This document shows positions 1 to 11,719 of a stretch of 64,000 nucleotides of DNA, in pieces; within the stretch, counting starts at the first letter, position 1; each line of letters begins with the position of its first letter. The translations under genes were made by a program, and so were the position numbers. The notes under the pieces were generated by a model. That model ran no database searches. It was not told the DNA's origin and was given only the letters and a program-made list of their open reading frames with translations. The stretch comes from Heptranchias perlo (Eukaryota): positions 13,206,001 to 13,270,000 of the forward strand of contig NC_090356.1 in assembly GCF_035084215.1 (NCBI RefSeq), written 5' to 3'.

Positions 1-905
1 CTTGGAGAATGCTTACCCGAAGATCGGTGGCTGAATGTCCTTGACTGCTAAAGTGTTCCCTGACTGGGAGGGAACCCTCCTGTCTGGCGATTGTCACGCA
101 GTGTCCGTTCATCCGTTGTCGCAGTGTCTGCATGGTCTCGCCAATGTACCATGCTCCGGGGCATCCTTTCCTGCAACGTATGAGGTAGACAACGTTGGCC
201 TAGTCACAGGAGTATGAACCATTACCTGGTGGGTGGTGTCTGTGTCGATGATCTGGCATGTCTTGAAGAGGTTGCCGTGGCAGGGTTGTGTGGTGTCGTG
301 GATGCTGTTCTCCTGAAAGCTGGGTAATTTGCTGCGAACGATGGTCTGTTTGAGGTTGGGTGGCTGTTTGAAGGCGAGTAGTGGAGGCGTGGAGATGGCC
401 TTAGCGAGGTGTTCGTCGTCATCGATGACATGTTGAAGGCTGCGGAGAACATGGCGTAGTTTCTCCGCTCTGGGGAAGTACTGGACGATGAAGGGTACTC
501 TGTTGGTTGCGTCCCGTGTTTGTCTTCTGAGGAGGTCTATGCGATTCTTCGCTGTGGCCCGTCGGAACTGTCGATCGAAAAGTCGAGCGTCATATCCCGT
601 TCTTACGAGGACGTCTTTCAGCTGGACATTCTCTCTCTCTCTCTCTCTCTCTGCCTTTCGGGTCTCTTTCTCTCCTTGTCTGTGTAATTTGACCCTTGTG
701 TATTCAGTATACTGGGACATACTGTTTTCCGTGGCTAACCTGTCTGAACACCAACGACACCTTTGATTCCCAGCCTAATATAAGATATGCGATTTGAGAA
801 CCTCTCATTCACTCACTCACCTGACGAAGGAGATAATCTCCGAAAGCTTGTGATTTTCAAATAAAACTGTTGGACTATAACCTGGTGTTGTAAGATTCCT
901 TAGAT
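1..905 (-). mobile_element. Penelope-like retroelement fragment (RT C-terminus/GIY-YIG endonuclease on - strand, with inverted terminal repeat on + strand)
   Basis: The - strand encodes ...RVPFIVQYFP...PPLLAFKQPPNLKQTIVRSKL...PCHGNL.KTC and, after a frameshift, GSYSCD*ANVVYLIRCRKGCPGAWYIGETMQTLRQRMNGH (GIY-YIG). 625-905 is an oppositely oriented terminal segment with a hammerhead motif. Confidence 0.88.
817..853 (+). ncRNA. Minimal type I hammerhead ribozyme motif (Penelope-associated)
   Basis: TCAC-CTGACGA-A-GGAG-ataat-CTCC-GAAA-GC-TT-GTGA: CUGANGA and GAAA core, stem II GGAG/CTCC, stem I TCAC/GTGA, palindromic AAGCTT in place of stem III. Confidence 0.75.
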
Positions 906-1018
906 CTTTTAAACGTGAGTGTTGATGCTGAGATAATCTGGGAAGCTTGAAATTGAGTGAGAAAGAACCAGTTAGAAAAACATATGTAGTACTTTAATTC
1001 TTCTTCTAACAACATAAT

Positions 1019-3498
1019 GGGCCAGAAATTGCTGCAAAGACGCAGCTCGCGGCGAACAGCATTAATTGGACTTTTTACCTCACCGTTCACATCACTTTTC
1101 CTCCCCTCGAAGCAACATCAGGAATCCAATTCCCTGATCCCAACCGACATGTCGAGTGGAGAGATTGTGTCCTTGGCACAAGGGTTCATGGACATAGAGG
1201 GGCGAGACATAAGAGGGAATAGGGTGCCCCGCTCGTACAGAGTCCACCTCCTCCTGCTCAGTCTCACTCACAGCTGACCCTCACGCACATTTGTAAGGGT
1301 ACAATTGTACAACACTTGTAAATAGTTTCACCTGTTTCTATTATTGTTCTTCTTACCTTTGTTCTTGTTGGTATATTATTTATTACTCTTGATGTTATTG
1401 TTGTTGCTGCTGTTAAATAATTCTGTGAGAAGTCGTTTTAAACTTTTTGATACTTCAAAATGTTTATAACTTTTGAACAAATCAACATTTACAATTGTTG
1501 CCAAAGAAGCAATATAGCTCTACTTTAAAAATTAACTACTACTTTAAATTGACGACCTCAAACCAGTGTTACTGCTGCTGCTCAGTTCACAGGCAGTGAT
1601 GTATACACGCCCACTGTACAATTTGCACTTGGCACTGTTATTAAAGTCCTGTGACTTACGTTTTTTGCACTATTTTAAAGATATACACTACTTATTTGTC
1701 AATTCTGGCTGATGAGACTGCACAGTTTTTGTTCCCATCTGCATTAATTTGTTGAATGTTGTTGTTTTAAACCGTTGCACCAAATAAAAGTTCCACTGTT
1801 TCACTTTAAATCTTGCCGTGTTGTGCATTGAATGTGAAGATAAATATTATGTGATGTGGCCAATGAACATGCTTTACCATTTGCCTTCCTTTTGTCCACC
1901 CCACGATGGGGAATCATTCAACGGACAAGTTCAGAACTTCCTGGTCCACCTCAATTCTGCTGGTGGAGTCCTGGGGGGAGGGGCATGGGTGCATCTGGCG
2001 GCTATCATTGTCCAAATACCTGAGCTACCAGCTGCACTCTAGCCGCCCTGCCAGCTGCAGACGTGCCTTCCTCGGGAGGAAGGGGAAGGGCATCATCCAT
2101 GGCCCCAAGGACATCCAGGCATCTCATTTGCCATGTTAAGGGTCAGCCCTTCCTGCAGGGCAATGTTGTGCAGTATGTAGCAGACCACCATGATCTTCGC
2201 CGCTTTGCTAGGCAAGTACTGTAAAACACCCCCCAACCTGTCCAGGCCCTGGAAGCATGAATTGAGCACCCCTATTGGGCCGAATGGCCTGTTTCTGTTC
2301 TGTTAATTCCATGCATGTAATTCTATTGTCCTCTCCACTACTTGTCGTGTACACAGTTGTACCTTTCCTTTGCTGTGTTTTTGGATGCGGAAAGGTGTCA
2401 TCAGCCACGGCTTCAGTGGATAAGCCTTGTCCCCTAAAATTCATCCATCTCCTTGTATCTCCCTGGTGAACAAGTCGTGGATGTTGGAGTGATGAAGAAC
2501 AAAAGCATTATGAGCACTTCCCCAATGTTCTGCAGGATGCTCTGCTAAGCATCGCAGATTATCATGACATTCAATGAATGGTAGTCTTTCCTATTGATGA
2601 GCGTGATAGTTTCATCAGGTGGTACACGTGGGTCCAGATGTCACCAGTGCCTGCCTGAAAAGAACAGCATGCGTGGAAATTTGAAGGCTGCCGACAACTT
2701 CATGGCCACTGACAAGGCCGTGTGGGAGGTAGACCAAGACTGCCGGTCCTCTTTTAGGATGTCACAGAGGTGGCCGATTTCCTCCTTGCTGAAACAAAGC
2801 CTCTGACATTGTCTTGAAGGACATTCTTTCCCTGTGGACTCTCTGTTTGGAGGGAAAGGGGGTGGGGGCGTATCAGTTAGTTCTGTTCAGTCTCCGGCCA
2901 TGGTGCATCACCCACTGGGCCTGCTCCTTCTGCTCCTCTTCCAAGTTGTCTATTAAGATTAGGAACAGTGGAACACCAAGTGGGTACGCCATTTCATTTC
3001 TTTAACCCTCTTCTGAGTGTCAGAATAACTTTGTGTCAGGAGTGTGGATGTCAAGGGATATCACAAATAAGCTGCTGAGACAGATTTAAGGCATAGAAAA
3101 CCCTTAGGAACAATTCACTACTAGCTGGAGAGAGAATCCACCACTTCACTGTTCCCTTTCTGGTCCTCCATGGTTGAGTGTCATATGAAGACCAAAAATC
3201 ACGCCATTGATCAGGTCCTCTACGACATTAATTACCAGCCCTAAATGGCTGAGGCGGAAATAATTTGTATTAACAATTTCATGATTGCAATTATCTTCAC
3301 TGGGGAGCCTCATGGCAAGAAGGTACTTTTATCGGCTTTGGCAAGGCTATGGCAGAGCAGCACAAATCATCCAGCAATTTGTGGAGAATCAGAGCTCAAG
3401 GCATATCTATTTTACATTGCAAAATGCTGGATTCTTTTATGAATTCATAATGGCAAACGCCGTTAATGCGTCATTATTATCTCAGTAATTTCTGGCCC
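1019..3498 (-). mobile_element. PIF/Harbinger DNA transposon relic with decayed DDE transposase
   Basis: TIRs GGGCCAGAAATTGCTG (1019-1034) and CAGTAATTTCTGGCCC (3483-3498), 15/16 match. The - strand peptides FQGLDRLGGVLQYLPSKAAKIMVVCYILHNIA (about 2160-2255) and INRKDYHSLNVM (about 2562-2597) match Harbinger/HARBI1-type transposase motifs. Confidence 0.8.
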
Positions 3499-4498
3499 GT
3501 TATTGACTGATGTTACTCTCCTAGGCATCTTTATTGTACTATAACAGGTACTGATGAGGTAAAGGGATTTACAAGGCTGATATGTTTTTTCTTTAATATA
3601 TAAAAATGAATTGGGTTAACACAGGTCGGTGCCAATGTTTTCAATCTCTTTCACTGTTGAAATCCTTTCTCTCATGTAGATAGTTACAATTTTCTTTGTT
3701 GAGATTTCTTTTCACTTCGATACCGTATATATTAATTTATTTTCTTCTATTTTCTAAGTTTTATTCTCTCAGTTTTTTGCACCTTCCTCTGCTGGGCCAT
3801 GTACCTGACTGGCACAGACTTCTTCCAACCCCATTATGAACCATTACTGGGTGCACGAGGGGCACTTTCCCTCTGGTGTCTTTCCCTCCTTCCTCCCCCT
3901 AGGAAGGTGCCCATTTGTTTTTATGAACTAATAGTTTTACTTCATCATACTGCTCATACTGTTGAGGAACTTGCACTTTTAGGAGGGTGATGGTAAGCAT
4001 TGTTGACAATACAATTAAAGATTTATTTTGCTTTGCTATAAATTGATCAATCTGGTGTGTGACAGGTTTCAGAATCAGTCCACAAGACTGAGAATTCACA
4101 ATCTTGTTGGCTAATTCTAAAACTTGTTAACAGCAAACCCAATGCTAGGAAATACATAGAAGTTACAAGGATATCTCTCTATATTGTAAGACACACGAGC
4201 CAGGAAATTGCACTGGACCAATTTTCATGCAAACAGATGAGATTTCTGTACCAGGATGTATGGTAACTAATGGAGGTGTGTTAATGTTTAGTCTGCAATG
4301 CCATTGACTCTGAACTGGGGTAAACCAGCTGTTCTTGCCAGGATAATGAGTGTTTCACATGTAGTTGTTAATCACTAAGAATGACTGAGATATGCCCTTC
4401 AAGTGCATACAACAAAACAGCCTCATTGTTTGGAGGGAGCTTCCCATTCTTGCATTCCTTAAGTTCAGGTCTGAGCTCAGAACTGAAACAAAAAGCTT

Positions 4499-5313
4499 GA
4501 GGGTAATTTTAACCTCAAAGTATGGGTGGGTTGGGGTGGGTGGGAGGTTAAAAAGCAGCTTTTTGAAGCGCGACCGCAACCCGACTCTAATGTGCCCACT
4601 TCCGGGTTTAACCCAGGCCCATTTGGATGCGCGCACATCCGAAATCTGGCAGTCCCGTCCCCACTTAATGCCAGCAAATGGATTGTTAAAGGGGCAATTT
4701 ACCTTATTGAGATAAATGAGGTACTTAATTTTTTGTTGATTCTATGGCTGAAACTAATTTAACCTCACCTACACGGATTTCCCCAAGGCTTCTGAATCTC
4801 ATGTGAAAGGAGGCGAAAAAGGCTGAATTCATGAGGTAAGTGCTTTTATTGCACTGCTTGTGGGCCAGGAGGAACAGGAGTGTGCCCTCCAGGCCCAACA
4901 AGCTTACCTCCCGCGATTGGACCTCCGCGGCCGGCCGAACCCCCCCACCCCGACCTCTGAATCTAATCTGATATCCAACCTCCGACCCAATCGCCTTCCT
5001 GCCATCATCTTCTCCAGAGCCCCCCTTCCCACCCCGTGTTCTCCATGCACCCCCCCCCCCCCCATGTCCTCCACGGCCCACAATCTCTCCCTCCCTCTCT
5101 CCTCTCCGATTGCAGGCTCCTTTTCCTCCCTCCCGACAGCCACCCTGTCAATCTGGCTGGCTGGCTGGCTGTCGCACGGGAAACCCAGAAGCAAATAATT
5201 ACCTTAAGTTGACTTGCGATCTCAGATTCCGATGAACTCACTTCACTTCCGGTATTCCCACGAGTAAATCTACCCACCCGCTGAGTTCTCGGCTCCAAGT
5301 AAAAATCATGCTC
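4499..5313 (+). mobile_element. MITE-like non-autonomous DNA element (family shared with 15403-16104)
   Basis: Colinear similarity with 15403-16104: gggtaattttaac..., cccacttccgggtttaacccagg, catgaggtRagtgcYtttattgcactgcttgtgggccagga, cggctccaag..aaaatcatgc. Confidence 0.75.
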
Positions 5314-5834
5314 AAGATTCTGACCCTGATGGAGAGTATTAGCCAGATCTAGATTAGTTGATTGACTTTTGATCTTCAAACTCCTCCTGTAATTTAGAAT
5401 ATATTTTCAGTAAAAATTATGAATAATTATTCAGTGATTTGCAGAAATTCTATATTTTTCTTCCTTAGGGAATGCTGTAAAGGCTAAAATGGGTGACTCA
5501 CAAAGAGGTGTTGCAGTGCAAATAATTACCAAACAACCTGGTTTAGACTACAGCTAGAATTCAACAGCAGCCAGCCATGAGGTCTATTAAGAATTGGCAG
5601 GAAGAAGGAACGTCTGACACATATAGAGTATCGGAGACGCCGTGCAAAGTGAATTTATTTGGACATTTACTCTTATTTGACAGCCTTTGAATATTACCAA
5701 CTACCAGATAAAAAGTGTGGATTTGATTGCCCCCTTTAAGAAAGTTTATGCTTCATTACTCCAGTGTATGGCTGGAGCAGGTTCTGCGGTGCATTCTTGC
5801 CAATTTCAATGGGAGATTGTGCCATGGAGACAAA

Positions 5835-7753
5835 GGGCCCGATATTACCATGGCGGCGGGTTCGCGGCGGGGGGTCGATTGGGTGTGTGGGTAACGCGCC
5901 CGGTGAAATCAGTCTGCCCCGTGCACAATCGCAGGCTGATTGGATCCACTTACCTGTTGTTCCGGGTTCCCCGCTGCTAAGCTGCGCGGCGGGCGGACTG
6001 CGCATGCGCAGTAAGGTCTGTCAGCTGGAGGAGCTCTATTTAAAGGGGCAGTCCTCCACTGACTGATGCTGCAAGAAATAGGAAAAATTACAGCATGGAG
6101 CAGCCCAGGGGAAGGCTGCTCCCAGGTTTAATGATGCCTCATTCCAGCTCTTATTGGATGGGGTGAGGAGGAGGGGGAGGACAGAGATCTTCTCCCTGGC
6201 GGGCGGGAGGAAGCGGCCTGCCTCTGCCACCAAGAAGGCCTGGCTTGAGGTGGCAGAGGAGGTCACCTGCACCACCAACATATCGCCCACCTGCATACAG
6301 TGCAGGAGGCACTGCAATGACCTAAGTAGGTCAGCCAAAGTGAGTACACTTACTCATTCCCCTACACTCTGTCTGTCACATCACCCCTCACACCCACTCA
6401 AACCTCATCCTCATCTTACCTGCACTTACTCACCTCGCCACTACTCATCCCGCCACTACCACTCAACCCAATCCTCATACAATCTCATGGCTCTATCTCA
6501 TACTCACCCTCTCATACATCTCTTTCACAATCAGCCTCACTCAACCTGCCACTACCTGTGCTGCAGCCACAGGGCATGCATCACATATGTGCAGTAGGAA
6601 GCATAAGGCAAACGTGTCGTGAGCATGAAGGGGATGCACAAGGGTGTTTGAGAGTTTGTCATGGTTTTTACTTATATTTAATTTCTGATCAACTCACATT
6701 ACATATTATATTGTCACCACTACTGCCATGTCTTTGCGAATCTTGTCTGGTTTGTGCAATAATGCCCATTTCCTGAGGATCACTATGAAGACCCACAACT
6801 GATGCCACCCGTTGTGTCACTGCAGAGTGGGTATAGGTGTATTTGCAGGGCTCTTTTGTGCAGACGACTGAGAGACGACGGCGATGTCCCCGGTTGCACC
6901 CTGGAAGGATGCGGAGGAGAAGTTGTTGAGGGCAGCGGTGACTTTGACAGTGACAGGTAAGAAGATGGTGCTCGGGCCAACCGGGAGCAGCTCGGCATGA
7001 AGGAGGCTGCAGATGTCCACGACTACATGTTGAGTGACTCTGAGCCTTCGTGTGCTCTGCTGCTCAGAGAGGTCCAGGAAGCTGAGCCTCGGTCTGTGGA
7101 CTCTGTGACGCATCTCTCTCTGCGGTTGCCCTCCCTCCTGCTGTGCAGGTGGATGTGTCACAGCACTCTGTTGTGGAGCTCCACATGTCAGAGGTGGATG
7201 GCGTGGCCGGCGAGGCTGGTGACGCTGTTCGCCCTCCGAGGAGGTCTTGACTGCAGCTACGGCGGCCCCATCCGGAAGATGCACATCTGAGGGGGTCCGC
7301 AAGGTAGGTACATGTGTCTGGACACTGGGGTAAATGTGCAAGATGGTGAGTTTTATTGTTAGGAGGAGGGTGGTGGAGGCCAAACTTTGTCCAAGGTGAC
7401 AGAGTGGCCTCCTGCAATGAGTGAGGGTCTCCTCCACCCCCCCCCCAACCTGTCAAATGGACCTTTGCCACACGTCCATTTGAACTGGGAGTGTTTCCCC
7501 CAGTACGGGAAACAGTCCCAGTTGTTTGCAAAATCCCAACCCTCCTAAAATATCATGTTAATCAGGTCTCTAAACGACCTGAAATACCTAAATAAATACC
7601 TTAAGTGGCACCACATGCGGGGGCTGCGCGCGCATGTCAGCGCGTCAGTGGGGAGCCCGGAAAATGGGGCGGGTTGGAGCCGCCCCGGTAATCCCCGATT
7701 TTCGTAGCCCCCCGACAGGAACGCACCCGATCGCGGGTGCTAAAATCGAGCCC
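5835..7753 (+). mobile_element. Non-autonomous PIF/Harbinger element carrying a Myb/SANT-like DNA-binding exon
   Basis: TIRs GGGCCCGATATTA / TAAAATCGAGCCC; 3-bp target duplication AAA. ORF from ATG 6095 reads MEQPRGKAAPRFNDASFQLLLDGVRRR...ATKKAWLEVAEEV...CIQCRRHCNDLSRSAK and ends at an AAA|GTGAGT donor. Confidence 0.82.
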
Positions 7754-8944
7754 AAAGACACCAAATCCAAGATGAGAGCAGCCATCATATTTTTAAAAGT
7801 TTTAGGAACCAGAATCAGTGTGGTGGCTTTGTACCTTGGAGCTTTAACAGGCAGCATCAAAGAGTGAGAAGACAATAACCCCAATTTTCACTGGGGGTGT
7901 GAGTGCAGTATGTGGGGGCCAGGGTGAGAGGGAAGCAGCAATGATGGCGCAGGTGTGAGGCTGACGCATTTTAACTACCACTATCTTTATTACCATGTTT
8001 TAGGAAAGACTCCTGTCAGAACCCTGCAGGAACTATGAGGAGACCGGGCGGGAGGAGGAGCAGGATTTTGTGTGAAATGAGGCCACTACCGGGGACTCGC
8101 GGGAACGGTCCCCGGCAGAAGATAAATGAGGGGGAATGACAGGAGGCGAACATGGTCGATGAAGGGGGAGTAAAGCCCGAGACAGGGAAGGCCCAAGGTT
8201 TCCTTGTAGAGCCCGAAGAAGAACTCCTTAGTCTGGGCCCATTTTGGTCCCACTGCTAAATTGGTACACTTTGCGTCCATTTTATGCCCAAAAAACTAGT
8301 GCAATGCACACTAATTTGTACCGCTAAGAATCAGCCACACAAAATGGGACTGGAGACACATGTAGGCCAAGTAGAGGTGGCAGCTTCCTTTCCTCGAAGG
8401 AGATTAGGGAACTGGATAAGCCCTTGAAATGAAAAAAATTTGCAGGGCTACAGGGAAAGGGCAGGGGAGTGGGACTAGCTAGATTGCTCTTGCATAGAGC
8501 CGGCACCGACTCGATGGGCCGAATGGCCTCCTTTCGTGCTGTAACCTTTCTATGATTCTAGTGAACCAGTTGGGTTTTTATGACAATCTGTTGGTTTTCT
8601 TGATTTCTTTTTTCTAGAACTCTCCTACAAAAAGAACATGAGGGGTCAGATAAAGATAAAACTACATCTAAAAAGCTTGGTTTTCTCTTTTGCACGAATC
8701 ACTTTTTCTCCCCTCAATTAAGCCTAATTTTCTATGAATTTAAGCATGCTTCCTTTACATATTTCTGATAATTCTCCTACAAAAAAGGAAGCATGTAGTC
8801 CAATCCCACCCTAAGCTGGAATTCACTATTTCATTGTTAATACTTGACCTAACCATGGTACCAAGTATATATCTGTGATAATTCTCCTACAGAAGAATGT
8901 GAGGCATTTGATAAGGATAGTTTTTAAAAAAAAATAAATTAGGA

Positions 8945-9440
8945 AGAGTGTCAAGGCTTTGAAGAGAGTGCAGAGGAGATTTACTAGAATAATCCCAGGG
9001 ATGAGGAACTTCCGTTATGTGGAGAGACTGGATAAGCTGGGATTGTTCTCCTTAGAGCAGAGAAGGTTAATGGGAGATTTAATAGAGGTGTTCAAAATAA
9101 TGAGGGGTTTTGATAAAGTTTTGACCCCCCCCCCTCCACCACTGGCATGAGTGTCGGTAACCAGTGGACAGATTTAAGATAATTGGCAAAAGAACCGAGG
9201 GGAGATGGGGAGACATTTTTTTACGCAGCGAGTTGTTTTGATCTGGAATGCGCTGCCTGAAAGGGTGGTGGAAACAGATTCAGTAGTAACTTTCAAAAGG
9301 GAATTGGATAGACTTGAAAAGGAAACATTTTCAGGGCTATGGGGAAAAAGCAGGGGAGTGGGACCAATTGGATAGCTCTTTTAAAGAGCTGGCACAGGCA
9401 CAATGGGCTGAATGGCCTTCTTCTGTGCTGTATGATTCTA
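8945..9440 (+). mobile_element. CR1 LINE 3' fragment
   Basis: KRVQRRFTRIIPGM...YVERLDKLGLFSLEQRRLMGDLIEVFKIMRGF followed by the typical tail gggctgaatggcct.cttctgtgctgtatgattcta. Confidence 0.9.
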
Positions 9441-10558
9441 TACAAATTCAATGCACCTGAATCAGCAGCCAGAATAATAAGTTTTCATGGCAAAAGCCAT
9501 CCCTATCTGATTCAGATGCTTTATTTTTTTTAAAAAGTGCTTTGTTTTTATTTTAGAAACCTGACATTGCGAAGACTGAACTGTTAAACAAGGAAAAACT
9601 TGCTAGCTGGGCATGTGAACTAGCAACAGAAATAATGGGAGCATGCGCAATAATGTATTCTTTTGGTGCCTGCAGCAAAGGCACCAGCAGTATAAACAGG
9701 GCAACACTACTAAAACAGGAGGCAGTCACTGCAAATACTGAGCATAGATTACGGTGCTGCAGTTCAGCGTATTCCTAACAGATCACTGAAATTGTTTTCC
9801 AGGGATGTTGATTTCTCTTAGGGGGTAAGTACAAATTTTGAACAATAAAAATTTGCTAGTATGAGAGGATTCACATTGTTAACTCTTTACAATGTAATGA
9901 ATTACACTCGAGTCATTTGCTTTCAAGAAAAGTAATGAAAAATGCAGCAAAGTGGTGAAGTTTAAAAAATAAAAGTAGACTTCATTGGATAGCAGATGCA
10001 CAGAGGATAAAAAGGTTTGAGGTCACCTGAGACCATCATGGCACTATAGCAGAAGAAAAAATTCTGAACAGGCGTGTTTGTGGCTGAGTGGGAAGAAGCT
10101 GTAAAATTTGGAAATGCTGTGCCAAAATCAGGACAGAGTTGAAATCAAACTGCAAAATTAGGACAGCCCAGGGCTATCCCATCGCATAGAAATAAACCGT
10201 GGTCTTTGCTAAAGCTATTTTCCTAGTAAAATCTTTATTTAAATATTTAATTTTATTCAAATATTTGATTTACAACTGGCAAGATTCAATGGTTAACAAC
10301 AGAGAAAAAATAAATAAATAGAAGAGTACAGCAGAGAGTTGGAGAGTGAATGGTGAACAGGGCAGAGGCCTGTGCAGGGTCGGAGCAGACATGCGGAGAT
10401 CATTTCCTATTTATGTGTTGTTTTTCTTTACCATTTCCACAGTTCGAATTATCCTGCCTTTATATAACTGTGATGTGGAGATGCCGGTGATGGACTGGGG
10501 TTGACAATTGTAAACAATTTTACAACACCAAGTTATTGTCCAACAATTTTATTTTAAA

Positions 10559-10599
10559 ATCCACAAGCTTTCGGAGGCTTCCTCCTTCCTCAGGTGAAT
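10559..10599 (-). ncRNA. Minimal hammerhead ribozyme motif (intact stems)
   Basis: Reverse complement reads ATTCAC-CTGAGGA-A-GGAGG-aag-CCTCC-GAAA-GC-TT-GTGGAT. Confidence 0.75.
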
Positions 10600-10606
10600 G
10601 TGGAAC

Positions 10607-10647
10607 ATTCACCTGAGGAAGGAGGAAGCCTGCGAAAGCTTGTGGAT
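10607..10647 (+). ncRNA. Minimal hammerhead ribozyme motif (one stem II mismatch)
   Basis: ATTCAC-CTGAGGA-A-GGAGG-aag-CCTGC-GAAA-GC-TT-GTGGAT. Confidence 0.65.
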
Positions 10648-11446
10648 TTTAAAATAAAATTGTTGGACTATAACTTGGTGCTGTAAAATTGTTTACAATT
10701 TATATAACTGTACATTAAAATGCACTGAGAAAGTATGGAAAGAATTACATTATTGATACTTTGTTAAAAGTAAAGAAATAAAGTGTGATTCCATACTCGG
10801 TCAGAGATAGAGCTACAACATTGTAGGTCAATTTCAACTCGCGCTATTGTTGAAATTAGTTCCCCACCGGAAGCGGGATTGTGGAATCACCCCTACAATC
10901 TGTTAACTCTGTATCAAAGACTTCCTACTTTTTTATATACTGGACACAGAATTTTCAAGCAATAATAGATATTAAAAATAACTAAAGCACCCTTCTGGCA
11001 ATACAGTCCTGCTGTTTGCTGGTATTTATTCCTTGCTAAGTTTCAGATTCTAATTGCTGAGTTCTACTCTGCATTTTAATATGACCTTGGAACATTTTGT
11101 AATGTCCTACATTAGGAACGTGATCATTTTATCAATGGTCGTTATTTTAAAACTATTACAAAGAACTAGTAGTTACTGTATTGTAAAATTGTACATCACG
11201 TTGGTGTCCTGGAATTGTAACCATCTGTGTCCTGGCTTTGGTTTTAGAAAGATTATTAAGTTTGTGCTGATAACAGCAAGGAAACTTGGAATGATTATGA
11301 TGGGTTTTACATGTTGTGAAATATCTATTTTCCTGAAACTCTGACGTCCTTGCATATGATGCAAAGCACAAATGTTATAAAGCCCGACTCCATCCAGGAC
11401 TTGAGCAGTGCTCCCATATCTGGGGAGGCTCTTTTAGAACCTCTCC

Positions 11447-11532
11447 CTGACGAAGGAGGTAAGCTCCGAAAGCTTGTGATTTTCAAATAAAACTGTTGGA
11501 CTATAACCTGGTGTTGTAAGATTCCTTACATT
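11447..11532 (+). mobile_element. Short Penelope terminal fragment with a hammerhead core
   Basis: CTGACGAAGGAGgtaagCTCCGAAAGCTTGTGAttttcaaataaaactgttggactataacctggtgttgtaagattcctta, nearly identical to 821-902; the 5' strand of stem I is missing. Confidence 0.85.
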
Positions 11533-11719
11533 ACTCCTAGACAAGATACAGAAAGAAGCTTGTCACACATAATTAATCTCTTTCTGACTGTGAATTATGG
11601 TTAGAGCTCCTTCAAAATTTCTTCTCTTGTTCCTTTCAAACTCCAAATCCACTGTCCGACACACTCTTCCTGCATCCCCATTGTGTGGAAATTAGGACTC
11701 ATTTGCACATCTTAATTAA

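Larger units (their letters stand above)
10472..10700. mobile_element. Palindromic Penelope terminal-repeat insertion with two opposed hammerhead motifs
   Basis: Inverted arms of about 95 bp (10506-10601 / 10605-10700) around a GGA loop; flanked by the direct repeat TTTATATAACTGT (10459-10471, 10699-10711). Confidence 0.88.

Noticed and set aside
109-720. 203-aa ORF as a host gene
   Set aside because: The N-terminus comes from a (CT)n repeat and the inverted terminal segment. The rest is frameshifted Penelope ORF.
4725-5379. Several overlapping Gly/Pro-rich ORFs
   Set aside because: They arise from the GC-rich core of a MITE-like repeat.
8615-8925. CRISPR-like repeat-spacer array
   Set aside because: Only three degenerate copies, irregular long spacers, eukaryotic context and no cas genes.
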